Assembly (NCBI GenBank): GCA_965216755.1
Contig: CBDCGL010000011.1
Span: forward strand, 3,680,001-3,744,000
Source of the DNA: Alphaproteobacteria bacterium
GTDB taxonomy: Bacteria > Pseudomonadota > Alphaproteobacteria > UBA7887
Direction: 5' to 3'
DNA: 64,000 bases
Both the position numbers and the translations under genes were made by a program. Shown here in pieces: positions 9,967 through 18,746 of the stretch (position 1 is its first letter; every line of letters begins with the position of its first letter). Under the pieces are notes generated by a model, which did no database searches, was not told where the DNA came from, and saw only the letters and a program-made list of their open reading frames with translations.

Positions 9967-11868
9967 ATGGCGTCCGCGATTTCAGTCGGCGGTCAGCGCG
10001 ATCTGCGGCGTTGGGCCGGCGTCGCTGTGCGTTGGTTTTGCGTCGCCATCATTGGCTATCATTTGGCGGCGGCCCAATTCGGCGCGCCCGAGGTGCTCAA
10101 GTTCCGGCCCACGCACATGGCCATGTATGTCTGCCTGATCATGCTGGTCTATGGCCTGCGCGGGCGCGACGAACGCCATGTGCCGCCCTGGTGGGACTGG
10201 GTGTTGGCCGCCTCGGCGTGGGCGCCGGTGGCCTATATCTACGCCAACTATAGCTATGTGGTTGAGCGCTATCCGTACGTGACGCTTCTCAAGCCCGCGG
10301 ATTGGGTGGTTGGCGTGCTCGCCATTTTGCTGGTCGTCGAAGCATGCCGTCGCGCGGTTGGCCTGACGCTGGTGCTGCTGCTGCTGTTCTTTGTTCTCCA
10401 CGCGCTGTTCGGACCCTATTTTCCCGGACCGTTGGCGCAAGCGGCAGTGGCGCCAATGCGCCTGGTCGATCATCTGTTCATGACCACATCGGGTTTGTAC
10501 GGATCGATCACCGGTATTTCCGCCACCTACGTGCTGATGTTCGTGTTGCTGGGGGCGATGCTGGAACAGGCCCGTGGCGGCGATCTATTCATGAACTTGG
10601 CCGCCGGGCTGATGGGCCGCGCACCGGGCGGGCCGGGCAAGGCGGCTGTATTGGCGAGCGGCTTGTTTGGTTCGATTTCCGGGGCGGCCGTCGCCAATGT
10701 CTACGCGACCGGCACGTTTACCATTCCACTGATGATCCGGACCGGGTTTCAGCGGCGATTCGCCGCCGCTGTCGAGGCGGTCGCGTCCGCGAGTGGCCAA
10801 TTGGTGCCGCCGATTATGGGCTCGGCGGCGTTCCTGATCGCTGATTTTACCCGCACCCCCTATCTGGACGTGGCCGCCGCCGCCGCCGTGCCGGCGTTGT
10901 TCTATCTTTTTGCCGTTTACGTGATGGTCCATTTGGAAGCAATGCGTTTCGACCTGCCGGCGATGGCCCCGGATATGGTTGCCAGGGCACGGCGCGAGAT
11001 TTTGCAGGATTTGCATATGATCCTGGTTCTGGTGGTCGTGGTGGTGATGTTGATCGATCGCCGAACACCATTCTTTGCTGCCTACATTGGTGTCATCAGT
11101 ACGGTCGTATTGGCCATGGCGCGGCGCCATACGCGGCTGAGCGTCACCCGTGTCATCGATGCTTTCGAGATCGGCGCCCGGCGGATCGCGCCGATCGCGG
11201 CTGCCTTGTTCGTGGCAGCATTGATCGTTGGCGTGATCGAGTTATCGGGGCTGGGGTTGCGGTTTACCTCGCTTTTGCTCAGTGTCACCGGCGGCAATTT
11301 GCTGTTGACGCTGATCTTGGTCATGGTGAGCTGTATTGTCCTGGGCATGGGCCTACCCACTTCGGCGGCTTATATGATTGTCGCAATATTCGGTGCGCCG
11401 GCTTTGATCAAGCTCGACATTGAACCCTTAGCTGCCCATTTTTTCGTTTTCTACTATGCGATCATATCGGCGATCACACCACCGGTGGCGGTGGCGGCGT
11501 ACGCGGCGGCCACAATCGCGCAAACGCCTCTTCAGGCGACCGGTTGGAACGCCATGAAACTGGGCGCCGCGGTGTATGTTGTGCCGTTCGCCCTCGTATA
11601 TAGCCCTTCTTTGCTGCTGATCGGCGACCCTGCCACGATTGCGCTGGCGACGGTCAGTGGGTTGTTGGGTATTGTCGCCCTGGGCACGGCCGTACAGGGC
11701 TATGTCCTTGGCGCGCTGGCGGCGCCCGGTCGCGTCATGACGGGCGTTGCGGCCGTGGCGCTGATGCATGGCGATTGGCGCACCGACATCGCCGGTGTTG
11801 CCGTGTTTGGCACGGTCCTCGCCTACCAATGGCAACGACGCGCGGCGGCGAATGGGGAAACAGTATGA
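9967..11868 (+). CDS. TRAP transporter fused 4TM/12TM permease
   Basis: GGPGKAAVLAS, SGAAVANV..TGTFTIP, AVEAVASASGQLVPPIMG, LGMGLPTSAAY, ITPPVA. Confidence 0.92.
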   Translation: MASAISVGGQRDLRRWAGVAVRWFCVAIIGYHLAAAQFGAPEVLKFRPTHMAMYVCLIMLVYGLRGRDERHVPPWWDWVLAASAWAPVAYIYANYSYVVERYPYVTLLKPADWVVGVLAILLVVEACRRAVGLTLVLLLLFFVLHALFGPYFPGPLAQAAVAPMRLVDHLFMTTSGLYGSITGISATYVLMFVLLGAMLEQARGGDLFMNLAAGLMGRAPGGPGKAAVLASGLFGSISGAAVANVYATGTFTIPLMIRTGFQRRFAAAVEAVASASGQLVPPIMGSAAFLIADFTRTPYLDVAAAAAVPALFYLFAVYVMVHLEAMRFDLPAMAPDMVARARREILQDLHMILVLVVVVVMLIDRRTPFFAAYIGVISTVVLAMARRHTRLSVTRVIDAFEIGARRIAPIAAALFVAALIVGVIELSGLGLRFTSLLLSVTGGNLLLTLILVMVSCIVLGMGLPTSAAYMIVAIFGAPALIKLDIEPLAAHFFVFYYAIISAITPPVAVAAYAAATIAQTPLQATGWNAMKLGAAVYVVPFALVYSPSLLLIGDPATIALATVSGLLGIVALGTAVQGYVLGALAAPGRVMTGVAAVALMHGDWRTDIAGVAVFGTVLAYQWQRRAAANGETV

Positions 11869-12344
11869 TCATGCGGATAACTCTGTTGAGTTCGCTGGTG
11901 TGGGTTTGTTGGTGGGGCGATACCTATGCTGTTGCCCAAGACCAAATAAGCGGCTCCGCTAAAGCATTGTCGGGCAATATGCTGGTTGTCGGCGGTCGGC
12001 CCGTGCGCTTGTTTGGTGTCAATGCCTTGGCCTTGAACCAACACTGCTCCAATGCGCTGATCGATGCTTATCCGTGTGGCAAGGTGGCGGCCGGCAAGTT
12101 GGGTATGGTGATGCGCAATCAAACGGTCCGCTGCGCGCCGGTCTCAGATCGTGGCGACACGGCCGGTCCGCCGCTCAGCGCTGTTTGCCACGTTGAATCG
12201 ATCGATTTGGGAGCCTGGATCATCGGCAATGGATTGGCTTATGCGGATCGCAGCCAAAGCGATGCGTATGTTGCCGTCGAGGCGCGGGCACGCGCGGCCG
12301 GCATCGGCATGTGGGCGGGCCGGCTTTTGGATTCACCTGAATAG
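11865..12344 (+). CDS. Thermonuclease (SNase-like) family secreted protein, degenerate active site
   Basis: Signal peptide, VRLFGV..C..YPCG..C..DLGAWIIGNGLAY..EARARAAGIGMW pattern. ATG overlaps the permease stop. Confidence 0.75.
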   Translation: MIMRITLLSSLVWVCWWGDTYAVAQDQISGSAKALSGNMLVVGGRPVRLFGVNALALNQHCSNALIDAYPCGKVAAGKLGMVMRNQTVRCAPVSDRGDTAGPPLSAVCHVESIDLGAWIIGNGLAYADRSQSDAYVAVEARARAAGIGMWAGRLLDSPE

Positions 12345-12381
12345 TTGTATCGCCTCGCAATTGTCGATGGATGCCGGTGTG

Positions 12382-12669
12382 TCAACCGTGGGCAATTGGT
12401 TTGTCGGTAAACAGATAGTCGCGCAGCTCTTTTTCGAAAGACGGATCCTTGCGCCGGATCCACTCCAGGACCATGGCGGCGTGTTCTTTTTCTTCGTCGC
12501 GATTGTGCGCCAGGATCGCCTTTAAGGATTCGTCGCGGCAGGCATCGACACGCTGATTGTACCAGTCGACGGCTTCCAGCTCTTCCATCAACGACGTGAT
12601 TGCCCGATGCATGTCACGGGTCTCGTCGGTCAGCTCTTCGATCGGTTCGTGATAGCCTTCGTTGGCCAT
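12382..12669 (-). CDS. Encapsulin-associated ferritin-like protein (EncFtn/Flp type)
   Basis: MANEGYHEP..MHRAITSLMEELEAVDWYNQR..LAHNRDEEKEHAAMVLEWIRR signature; AAGGAGG RBS. Confidence 0.92.
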   Translation of the reverse strand: MANEGYHEPIEELTDETRDMHRAITSLMEELEAVDWYNQRVDACRDESLKAILAHNRDEEKEHAAMVLEWIRRKDPSFEKELRDYLFTDKPIAHG

Positions 12670-12936
12670 GGCGTGGTCCTCCTTGGTTCCATTGCGCGAC
12701 ACTGCAGCGTCAACCTACGCTGTCACGATCACAAGAACAATCGTCGCAATGGGCCTGAGCCGAATAGTCATAAACTATTGATCGACAATGCGCGATCCTA
12801 TTTGGAACACCGCGCGCATGGCCGCCGGACAAAGGCAAGCGGCCCTGCCTGGTTCGGCCATCGTCGCCGTGGAAATCCGACCGGGTCAATCTACGTTCAT
12901 TGCCAGTTCTATGCCGGATGAATAGGGCCGATCGTT

Positions 12937-13512
12937 ATGTACGGAATGGTGAACAACGCGATTCGTGACTATGTTCGCGACGCGCACGGTGAAGCCGCAT
13001 GGCAGGAAATCGCTGAGAAAGCGGGCGTTGACGCGGGCGAGTTCGGCTCGGTGACACCCTATAGTGATGCCGTGACGTTGGCCATTGTCGGGGAAAGCTG
13101 TGCGGTTCTGGATATCGAGCCGGAGGCGTTCTTGTTTGCCATCGGCCAGCGTTGGGTGCGTTATGCGGCCCAGTCGAGTTTTTCGGCCTTGCTCAAATTC
13201 GGTGGCCGCAACTTCGAAGAAATCGTGCAAAATCTCGATCAAATTCATACGAGAATCAAAGTGAGTTTGCCGGAACTGGTGCTGCCGTCATTTCGCGTCG
13301 AACGGGCATCGGACGAGCAGCTTCTTGTTCACTACGCATCACAGCGCGAAGGCTTATTCCGGTTTGTGGAAGGCCTGTTTCACGGCCTGGCCGAGCATTT
13401 CGGCCAAGGAATTGAAATAGAAAGTTTCGAACCCACCGGTCCCAATGCGGCAACATGGCGCATTCGGATCTGGGGCCAAGTGTGCGGCGCGCCAGCGCAC
13501 GAGGGCGTTTGA
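12937..13512 (+). CDS. Heme NO-binding (H-NOX/HNOB) domain protein
   Basis: MYGMVN start, proximal His in LDQIH, LPSF, YxSxR motif (YASQR). Confidence 0.9.
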   Translation: MYGMVNNAIRDYVRDAHGEAAWQEIAEKAGVDAGEFGSVTPYSDAVTLAIVGESCAVLDIEPEAFLFAIGQRWVRYAAQSSFSALLKFGGRNFEEIVQNLDQIHTRIKVSLPELVLPSFRVERASDEQLLVHYASQREGLFRFVEGLFHGLAEHFGQGIEIESFEPTGPNAATWRIRIWGQVCGAPAHEGV

Positions 13513-13635
13513 AGCCCCAGTGCTTGTATCGGCCGTGCCCATGATTTGTACATTCGATGACCTGAGGTCCGTTCAAACACTCCGGTTTGAACAGATCCCG
13601 ACATAACCGTTGAGAACTCAAACAAGACGGCGTTC

Positions 13636-15438
13636 ATGGGGGCGGTACTTACATCTTCACTAATTCAGGCGTGTCCCTATGCGTTCGCTGTCGATCCGCA
13701 GGGCTTCATCCAAGACGTTGGCGCCTATCTTGGTGGTCGGGTCGCCGGGTTGATTGGCCAACATTTTGATGCGGCATTCGCGGTGGGTGGGCCCAAGGCA
13801 AAAGAAGGTCGGGCCAGTCACGATGTGGCCGTGGCCAAATCCTTGTCCGGAGAGCGCATTGAGCTTGAAGTCCTTGGGGCCCCGAACCTAGTGATTGTTG
13901 GGACGTTTTTCGCGACCAATGAGGGGCGCCATGTCTTTATTGGCACACTATCGCCGAGCCTGGCAACAGAAGTCGACAAACTCAATCTGACCGTCAGCGA
14001 TTTCGCCCCATTCGACGTGCTGCCAGACTTCGCCATGATGGCCCAAATCAATCATTCGGTCTTGGTTGACACGCGCCTTCTCAACCACAAATTGACCAAA
14101 GCGCGCGATGATGCGATCGCGGCGCAGCAGGCCATCGAAGCGGTGGCCATGCGTGACAGTCTGACCGGCTTGGGCAGCCGGGCCGCTTTTCGCCAGTTTG
14201 TCGGCGCAACTGACTCGGACGGTTGCAACGTTGTGCATCTGTTGCTGTTCGATCTCAATCGATTCAAGCCCATCAATGACCAGTTCGGCCACCAAGTTGG
14301 TGATCAATTGCTGGAAGTCGTCGGTCAACGGATCAAGGAGTCGGTTGGTGATTTGGGAAAACCGTATCGGTTGGGTGGCGATGAGTTTTCGGTCGTTTAC
14401 GTCGATGTCGACCGCGACACTGTTGCGCGCAATGCCAGCGCCATAATCCGCGCTGTCAGCCAAGAATGCATCATCGAAAATAAATCGATTCGAGTCGGCG
14501 CCAGCGGCGGCCTGGCGACGTGCCCCGATGATGTCTCTGATTGCCAGAGCCTTTACAAAGCCGCCGATATTGCCCTTTATGACGCCAAGACAGACAAAGA
14601 CCGGGACCTGGTTTGTTTTAACAGCGACTTGGCGAACCGCGCGCTAGAGATGACTGTTTTACAAGCTGAGCTCGTTCACGCCGTTCACGATCGCCAGTTT
14701 ACCAACGTCTACCAGCCCAAATTCGATCTTGACTCAGGCGAATTGGTTGGCGTCGAGGCTCTGGTTCGTTGGCACAATGAACGTCGAAATGGTTTCGTCT
14801 CACCAATGGAGTTCATTCCGCTCGCCGAGCAAACTGGTCTGGTGCCGCACATCGACCTGCAGGTCTGTGATCGCGCGTTTCGGCAATTGAGGATTTGGGC
14901 GGATCGGGGCATTATGGTACCGGTCAGTGTCAATCTGTCGCCCATTACGTTGGAACAAAGTGACTTGATGGGGCAGTTCGACAAGCTCCTGCGGCGCCAC
15001 GGTGTCGCAGAATCCGACGTTGAAGTGGAAATCACCGAGCAGGCGATTATTCGCAATAGTGAAGCTGTCGAGCGTAATCTCAAAGGTTTTCGCGAACGGC
15101 GGATCAGCATTGCCATCGATGATTTCGGCGCCGGTCAGACCAGTCTGTCATATCTGAAACGTTTGCCTGTGTCCCATCTGAAGCTGGATCGGTCACTGAT
15201 CCAGGATATCGATACCAGTCGCCCAGGCTTCGTCATCGTCGCGACCCTGATCAAGTTGGCCAAGAGCCTGGGTCTTAAGCTGACCGCCGAAGGCATCGAA
15301 AACGAGTTTCAGGCCGATCTGTTGCGCGAGCCCGGTGGTGTGACCGGCCAAGGCTTCTTTTTGGCGCGACCGCTTGCTGCCGACGCACTCGACCCGATTT
15401 TGGGTCCGTCGGGTGCACGCGTGCGCCAAGCGGTTTAA
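13636..15438 (+). CDS. HNOBA(PAS-like)-GGDEF-EAL diguanylate cyclase/phosphodiesterase
   Basis: N-terminal PYAFAVD..FIGTLSP..LTVSDFAPFD (HNOBA-like); DLNRFKPINDQFGH, RLGGDEF, EALVRW, DDFGAG, EGIE. Confidence 0.88.
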   Translation: MGAVLTSSLIQACPYAFAVDPQGFIQDVGAYLGGRVAGLIGQHFDAAFAVGGPKAKEGRASHDVAVAKSLSGERIELEVLGAPNLVIVGTFFATNEGRHVFIGTLSPSLATEVDKLNLTVSDFAPFDVLPDFAMMAQINHSVLVDTRLLNHKLTKARDDAIAAQQAIEAVAMRDSLTGLGSRAAFRQFVGATDSDGCNVVHLLLFDLNRFKPINDQFGHQVGDQLLEVVGQRIKESVGDLGKPYRLGGDEFSVVYVDVDRDTVARNASAIIRAVSQECIIENKSIRVGASGGLATCPDDVSDCQSLYKAADIALYDAKTDKDRDLVCFNSDLANRALEMTVLQAELVHAVHDRQFTNVYQPKFDLDSGELVGVEALVRWHNERRNGFVSPMEFIPLAEQTGLVPHIDLQVCDRAFRQLRIWADRGIMVPVSVNLSPITLEQSDLMGQFDKLLRRHGVAESDVEVEITEQAIIRNSEAVERNLKGFRERRISIAIDDFGAGQTSLSYLKRLPVSHLKLDRSLIQDIDTSRPGFVIVATLIKLAKSLGLKLTAEGIENEFQADLLREPGGVTGQGFFLARPLAADALDPILGPSGARVRQAV

Positions 15439-15444
15439 TGGAGT

Positions 15445-16065
15445 TCAGGTGAGCGGAATCGACGCGATGTGCCGGTCGAACCCGGGTCGGGCGAGCAGGC
15501 GCGCGTACCAGGCTTCGAGCGCCGGCATGGCTGGTCGCGACGCTACCAATTGAAACCAGCGCCAGGCCATTGGGCCGAGCGGGATGTCGGCCATGGTGAA
15601 CTGATCGCCCATCACCCAGGCACGGCCCCGCAGGCGCTCATCCAGGATCGCCCAAATCGGTATGGCGGCCGCGATCGCGTCGTCGATTTGGTCGCGGGTG
15701 TATTTGTCCGGTTCGCGCACCAGCCCCCAAAAAATCGTGGTCATGGCACTGAGCACGGTTGTCTGTTGCCAGTCCATCCATCGATCCGCGTCGGCGCGGG
15801 CTTGAGGCATATCCGGGCAAAGCGTGCCGCGCCCGTGTTTGGCCGCCAGGTAGCGGACGATAGCGTTGCTTTCCCACAGCACGAAACCATCGTCGTCGAT
15901 GGTTGGGACCACTGCGTTCGGGTTGCGCGCCAGCATGTCGGCGTCGCGCGTGCGGCCAAATTGGCCGCCCGCGTCCTCCCGTTCATAGGCCAAACCAAGT
16001 TCGGCGCAGCACCACACGACCTTTTGCACATTCGACGAATTTTCGCGTCCCCAAATTTTTAGCAT
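15445..16065 (-). CDS. Glutathione S-transferase (GstB-like)
   Basis: MLKIWGRENSSNVQKVVW, NPNAVVPTI, LWESNAIVRYL, FTMADI; GGGAGG RBS. Confidence 0.9.
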   Translation of the reverse strand: MLKIWGRENSSNVQKVVWCCAELGLAYEREDAGGQFGRTRDADMLARNPNAVVPTIDDDGFVLWESNAIVRYLAAKHGRGTLCPDMPQARADADRWMDWQQTTVLSAMTTIFWGLVREPDKYTRDQIDDAIAAAIPIWAILDERLRGRAWVMGDQFTMADIPLGPMAWRWFQLVASRPAMPALEAWYARLLARPGFDRHIASIPLT

Positions 16066-16077
16066 GCCATCCTCCCT

Positions 16078-16188
16078 ATTTCGGTGGTTTCGGTGACAGT
16101 TTACTAAATACACAACATAGACTAGTGAAATGTTAGGGGCATGCACAAGGTAGCGTACTTAGTAAACTGTCACCGAAATGACCGAAAT
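16078..16188. repeat. REPIN-like inverted repeat element, copy 2 (about 36-bp imperfect arms, 39-nt spacer)
   Basis: ATTTCGGTGGTTTCGGTGACAGTTTACTAAATACAC ... GCGTACTTAGTAAACTGTCACCGAAATGACCGAAAT; same core as 7416-7505. Confidence 0.85.
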
Positions 16189-16196
16189 GGAGATGC

Positions 16197-17525
16197 CTAG
16201 CCCCCGTACACAAGACTCGGCAACCAGGTGATGATGCCCGGAAAGGCCATGCACAGGGCCAACGCCACAACCTGCAAGGCCAAAAATGGCAACGCCGCTT
16301 TGAAAATGTCGACCATCGGGATCTCCGGCGGCGCCACGCCGCGCAAATAGAACAACGCATAACCGAATGGCGGTGACAGAAACGACATCTGCATGTTGAC
16401 CAAATAGAGAACGCCAAACCATAGAGGGTCGAAACCGAGCTGCTTGATGATCGGCACAAAGATCGGCACGCACAGCAACAGAATGCCCACCCAATCAAGA
16501 AACATGCCCAACGCGACCAGGATCACCTGCATGATAATCAGAATGCCCCAGCGGTTGAGGCCAGTGCCTTGCAAGGCGTCGGCGACAAATTGTTGGCCGC
16601 CTTCGACCACATAGAGGCCGACGAACACGGTCGCGCCAAATATGATCCACAGCACCATCGCCGAGGCTTTCAGTGTTGTCAGAGAGGCCTCGCGGACAGT
16701 GATCCAATCGAGCCGGCGATGCAGCGCGGCCACCACAAACGACCCGAAGGTGCCGATGCCGGCGGCCTCCACCGGCGTCGCCACGCCCGTGAAAATTACA
16801 CCAAGCACCAGGGCGATCAGCACGATCGGTGCCAACATGCTGCCGAGCAAACGCAACTTCTCGCGAAGATCGACGCGTTCTTCGGGCGGCAAGGCCGGGC
16901 CCATGTCAGGATTGACAAAGCATCGCAGCGAGACATAGGCGATATACATGCCCGAAAGCATCAGCCCGGGCACGACCGAGCCGATGAACAGCTCGCCGAC
17001 CGACTGTTCGGCCACCACGGCGTAGATGATTGCCAGAATGCTGGGCGGGATCAGAATCCCCAGGGTGCCGCCGGCCATGATTGCACCCATGGCGATTTTG
17101 GGCTCGTAATTGCGCGCCAGCATGGATGGCAACGCGATAATGCCCATCGTCACCACGGCCGCGCCGATCACGCCCACCATCGCGGCCAAAATGGTCGATG
17201 CGAAAATTGTTGCGCTCGCAAGGCCGCCGCGCAGGCCCCCCAATAATTTGTAGATGACGTCGAACATCTCGCGGATCAGGCCGGCGCGTTCCAGCATCGC
17301 CGCCATAAATATGAATAGCGGAATTGCCGACAGCTGATAGTCAGTCATCAGCGGAAAAATTCGCGACGGCACGATGTTCAACATCTGCGCATCGCCGAGA
17401 ATGAACAAGAACGTGCAGGCCAAACCGCCTGTCACGAAGGCCAGCGGTAGGCCCGCCATCAACAGCACCAACAGGCTGCCGAACATCAACAGGGTCAGCC
17501 AGCCGATTGGGATTTCCAGGCCCAT
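16197..17525 (-). CDS. dctM: TRAP transporter large permease
   Basis: AIPLFIFM, GGTLGILIPPS, ATPVEAAG, SFLSPPFG motifs; about 12 TM segments. Confidence 0.92.
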   Translation of the reverse strand: MGLEIPIGWLTLLMFGSLLVLLMAGLPLAFVTGGLACTFLFILGDAQMLNIVPSRIFPLMTDYQLSAIPLFIFMAAMLERAGLIREMFDVIYKLLGGLRGGLASATIFASTILAAMVGVIGAAVVTMGIIALPSMLARNYEPKIAMGAIMAGGTLGILIPPSILAIIYAVVAEQSVGELFIGSVVPGLMLSGMYIAYVSLRCFVNPDMGPALPPEERVDLREKLRLLGSMLAPIVLIALVLGVIFTGVATPVEAAGIGTFGSFVVAALHRRLDWITVREASLTTLKASAMVLWIIFGATVFVGLYVVEGGQQFVADALQGTGLNRWGILIIMQVILVALGMFLDWVGILLLCVPIFVPIIKQLGFDPLWFGVLYLVNMQMSFLSPPFGYALFYLRGVAPPEIPMVDIFKAALPFLALQVVALALCMAFPGIITWLPSLVYGG

Positions 17526-17528
17526 CGG

Positions 17529-18668
17529 TCAAGCCGCTCCGCGCGTGACGATCAGAACGTCCTTGGACAGTTTGGCCAGGCCTTGTAGCAGGATAAGCAC
17601 CGCGCCCAACGCAATGGTTGCCTTGACCGGCCAATACTGAATCGCCCATTCGGTAAATGACACTTCCCAGACGCCGACCGCGTCCATCAAAAAGGTCCAG
17701 CCCGTGACCAGCAACGTGCCGGCGAAGATGAAAAAGAACAGTGACGTCAAGATATCGACCAGCGCCTTGCCGCGCGGCGACCAACGGGCATAGAACACAT
17801 CGACACGGACATGCGAGTCGCTCATATAGGCGTAGGCGCCCGAGATCAGATATTGCATGCCGAACATCAGAAACATGGATTCGTGCACCCAGTTGGTTGG
17901 CGAATTGAAAATGTAGCGGGCGACGACTTCGTAGTAATAGGCGAACACCGCCAGCACCGACCAATAGGCAACAAACTCGCCGCTCCACCCGCTGAGCCGT
18001 TCGATGACCGCGGCCAGCCGCGTCGAGACATCTAGGGCCGGATCCTCACCCGTGCCGGCAACTTGCTCGATGGGTTCGGGTTCGGGCGCCCGCGCCGGGC
18101 TCGCCCGTTCTCGTGCTTGGCAGCGACGCGTCAAGCGCGGCAACAGAACCGCGTCGATGATCAGAAGCACGGCGATCGCCAGGGCGAGCCAGCTCGCCGT
18201 GCTGGTCCATTGGGCGAAGGCCGCGGTGCTATCGGCGAATACGTTTCGGGCGCTTTCCAGGGCGGCGCGCGCGGCCTCTGCCTGCGCGGCGGCCCCGTCA
18301 GCCCCTTCGGCGACCGCTTTCTCCGCCCGCTCGACATCGAATTCGGCGATCATCACATCGGATTCGGCCAGCGACCGGGTTTCGCGAGCGCCGGCGGCCC
18401 GTGTGTTCGCAACCAAAATACCGATAAACGGCGGTAGATAAACCAGCCCCAGCAGGCTGCGCAGATAAAAGCGGTGGATACCAACAAATCCCGCCGTCAG
18501 CCAAAGCATATAGGCCAACGGCAAAGTTGCCAGGTCGCGGCGGCCGGCCCGGCGCTGGCGACCGACCAAGGCCATCGCGGCCAGGGGAAAGAAAATCAGA
18601 CCGGCCCAATAGAGCCAGTGCGGCAAAACGAAACTCAGGTCGGGCATCGTCGCCCCCAGCACCGACAT
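17529..18668 (-). CDS. dctQ: TRAP transporter small permease (DctQ) with N-terminal TM2-like domain
   Basis: C-terminal YEVVARYIFNSPTNWVHE..HVRVDVFY; N-terminal AYMLWLTAGFVGIHRFYL (TM2 motif). Confidence 0.85.
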   Translation of the reverse strand: MSVLGATMPDLSFVLPHWLYWAGLIFFPLAAMALVGRQRRAGRRDLATLPLAYMLWLTAGFVGIHRFYLRSLLGLVYLPPFIGILVANTRAAGARETRSLAESDVMIAEFDVERAEKAVAEGADGAAAQAEAARAALESARNVFADSTAAFAQWTSTASWLALAIAVLLIIDAVLLPRLTRRCQARERASPARAPEPEPIEQVAGTGEDPALDVSTRLAAVIERLSGWSGEFVAYWSVLAVFAYYYEVVARYIFNSPTNWVHESMFLMFGMQYLISGAYAYMSDSHVRVDVFYARWSPRGKALVDILTSLFFFIFAGTLLVTGWTFLMDAVGVWEVSFTEWAIQYWPVKATIALGAVLILLQGLAKLSKDVLIVTRGAA

Positions 18669-18678
18669 TTCCGAAACG

Positions 18679-18706
18679 CCTCGGTCGCCGTCGGTGACGA
18701 CCGAGG
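18679..18706. other. Intercistronic stem-loop between dctP and dctQ (mRNA stabiliser or attenuator)
   Basis: CCTCGGTCG-N10-CGACCGAGG perfect 9-bp stem with no T-run. Confidence 0.55.
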
Positions 18707-18746
18707 ACCGATATCATCACGCCATGTGTTCGAATGGAACGTCAGA

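Noticed and set aside
15445-16146. N-terminal extension of the GST (YLVNCHRN) in the ORF track
   Set aside because: It is a translation of the repeat element. The real start is ATG 16065, which has a GGGAGG RBS.
7416-16188. CRISPR interpretation of the 28-bp repeats with 34-39 nt spacers
   Set aside because: The repeats are inverted pairs, not direct tandem arrays, and no cas genes are present.
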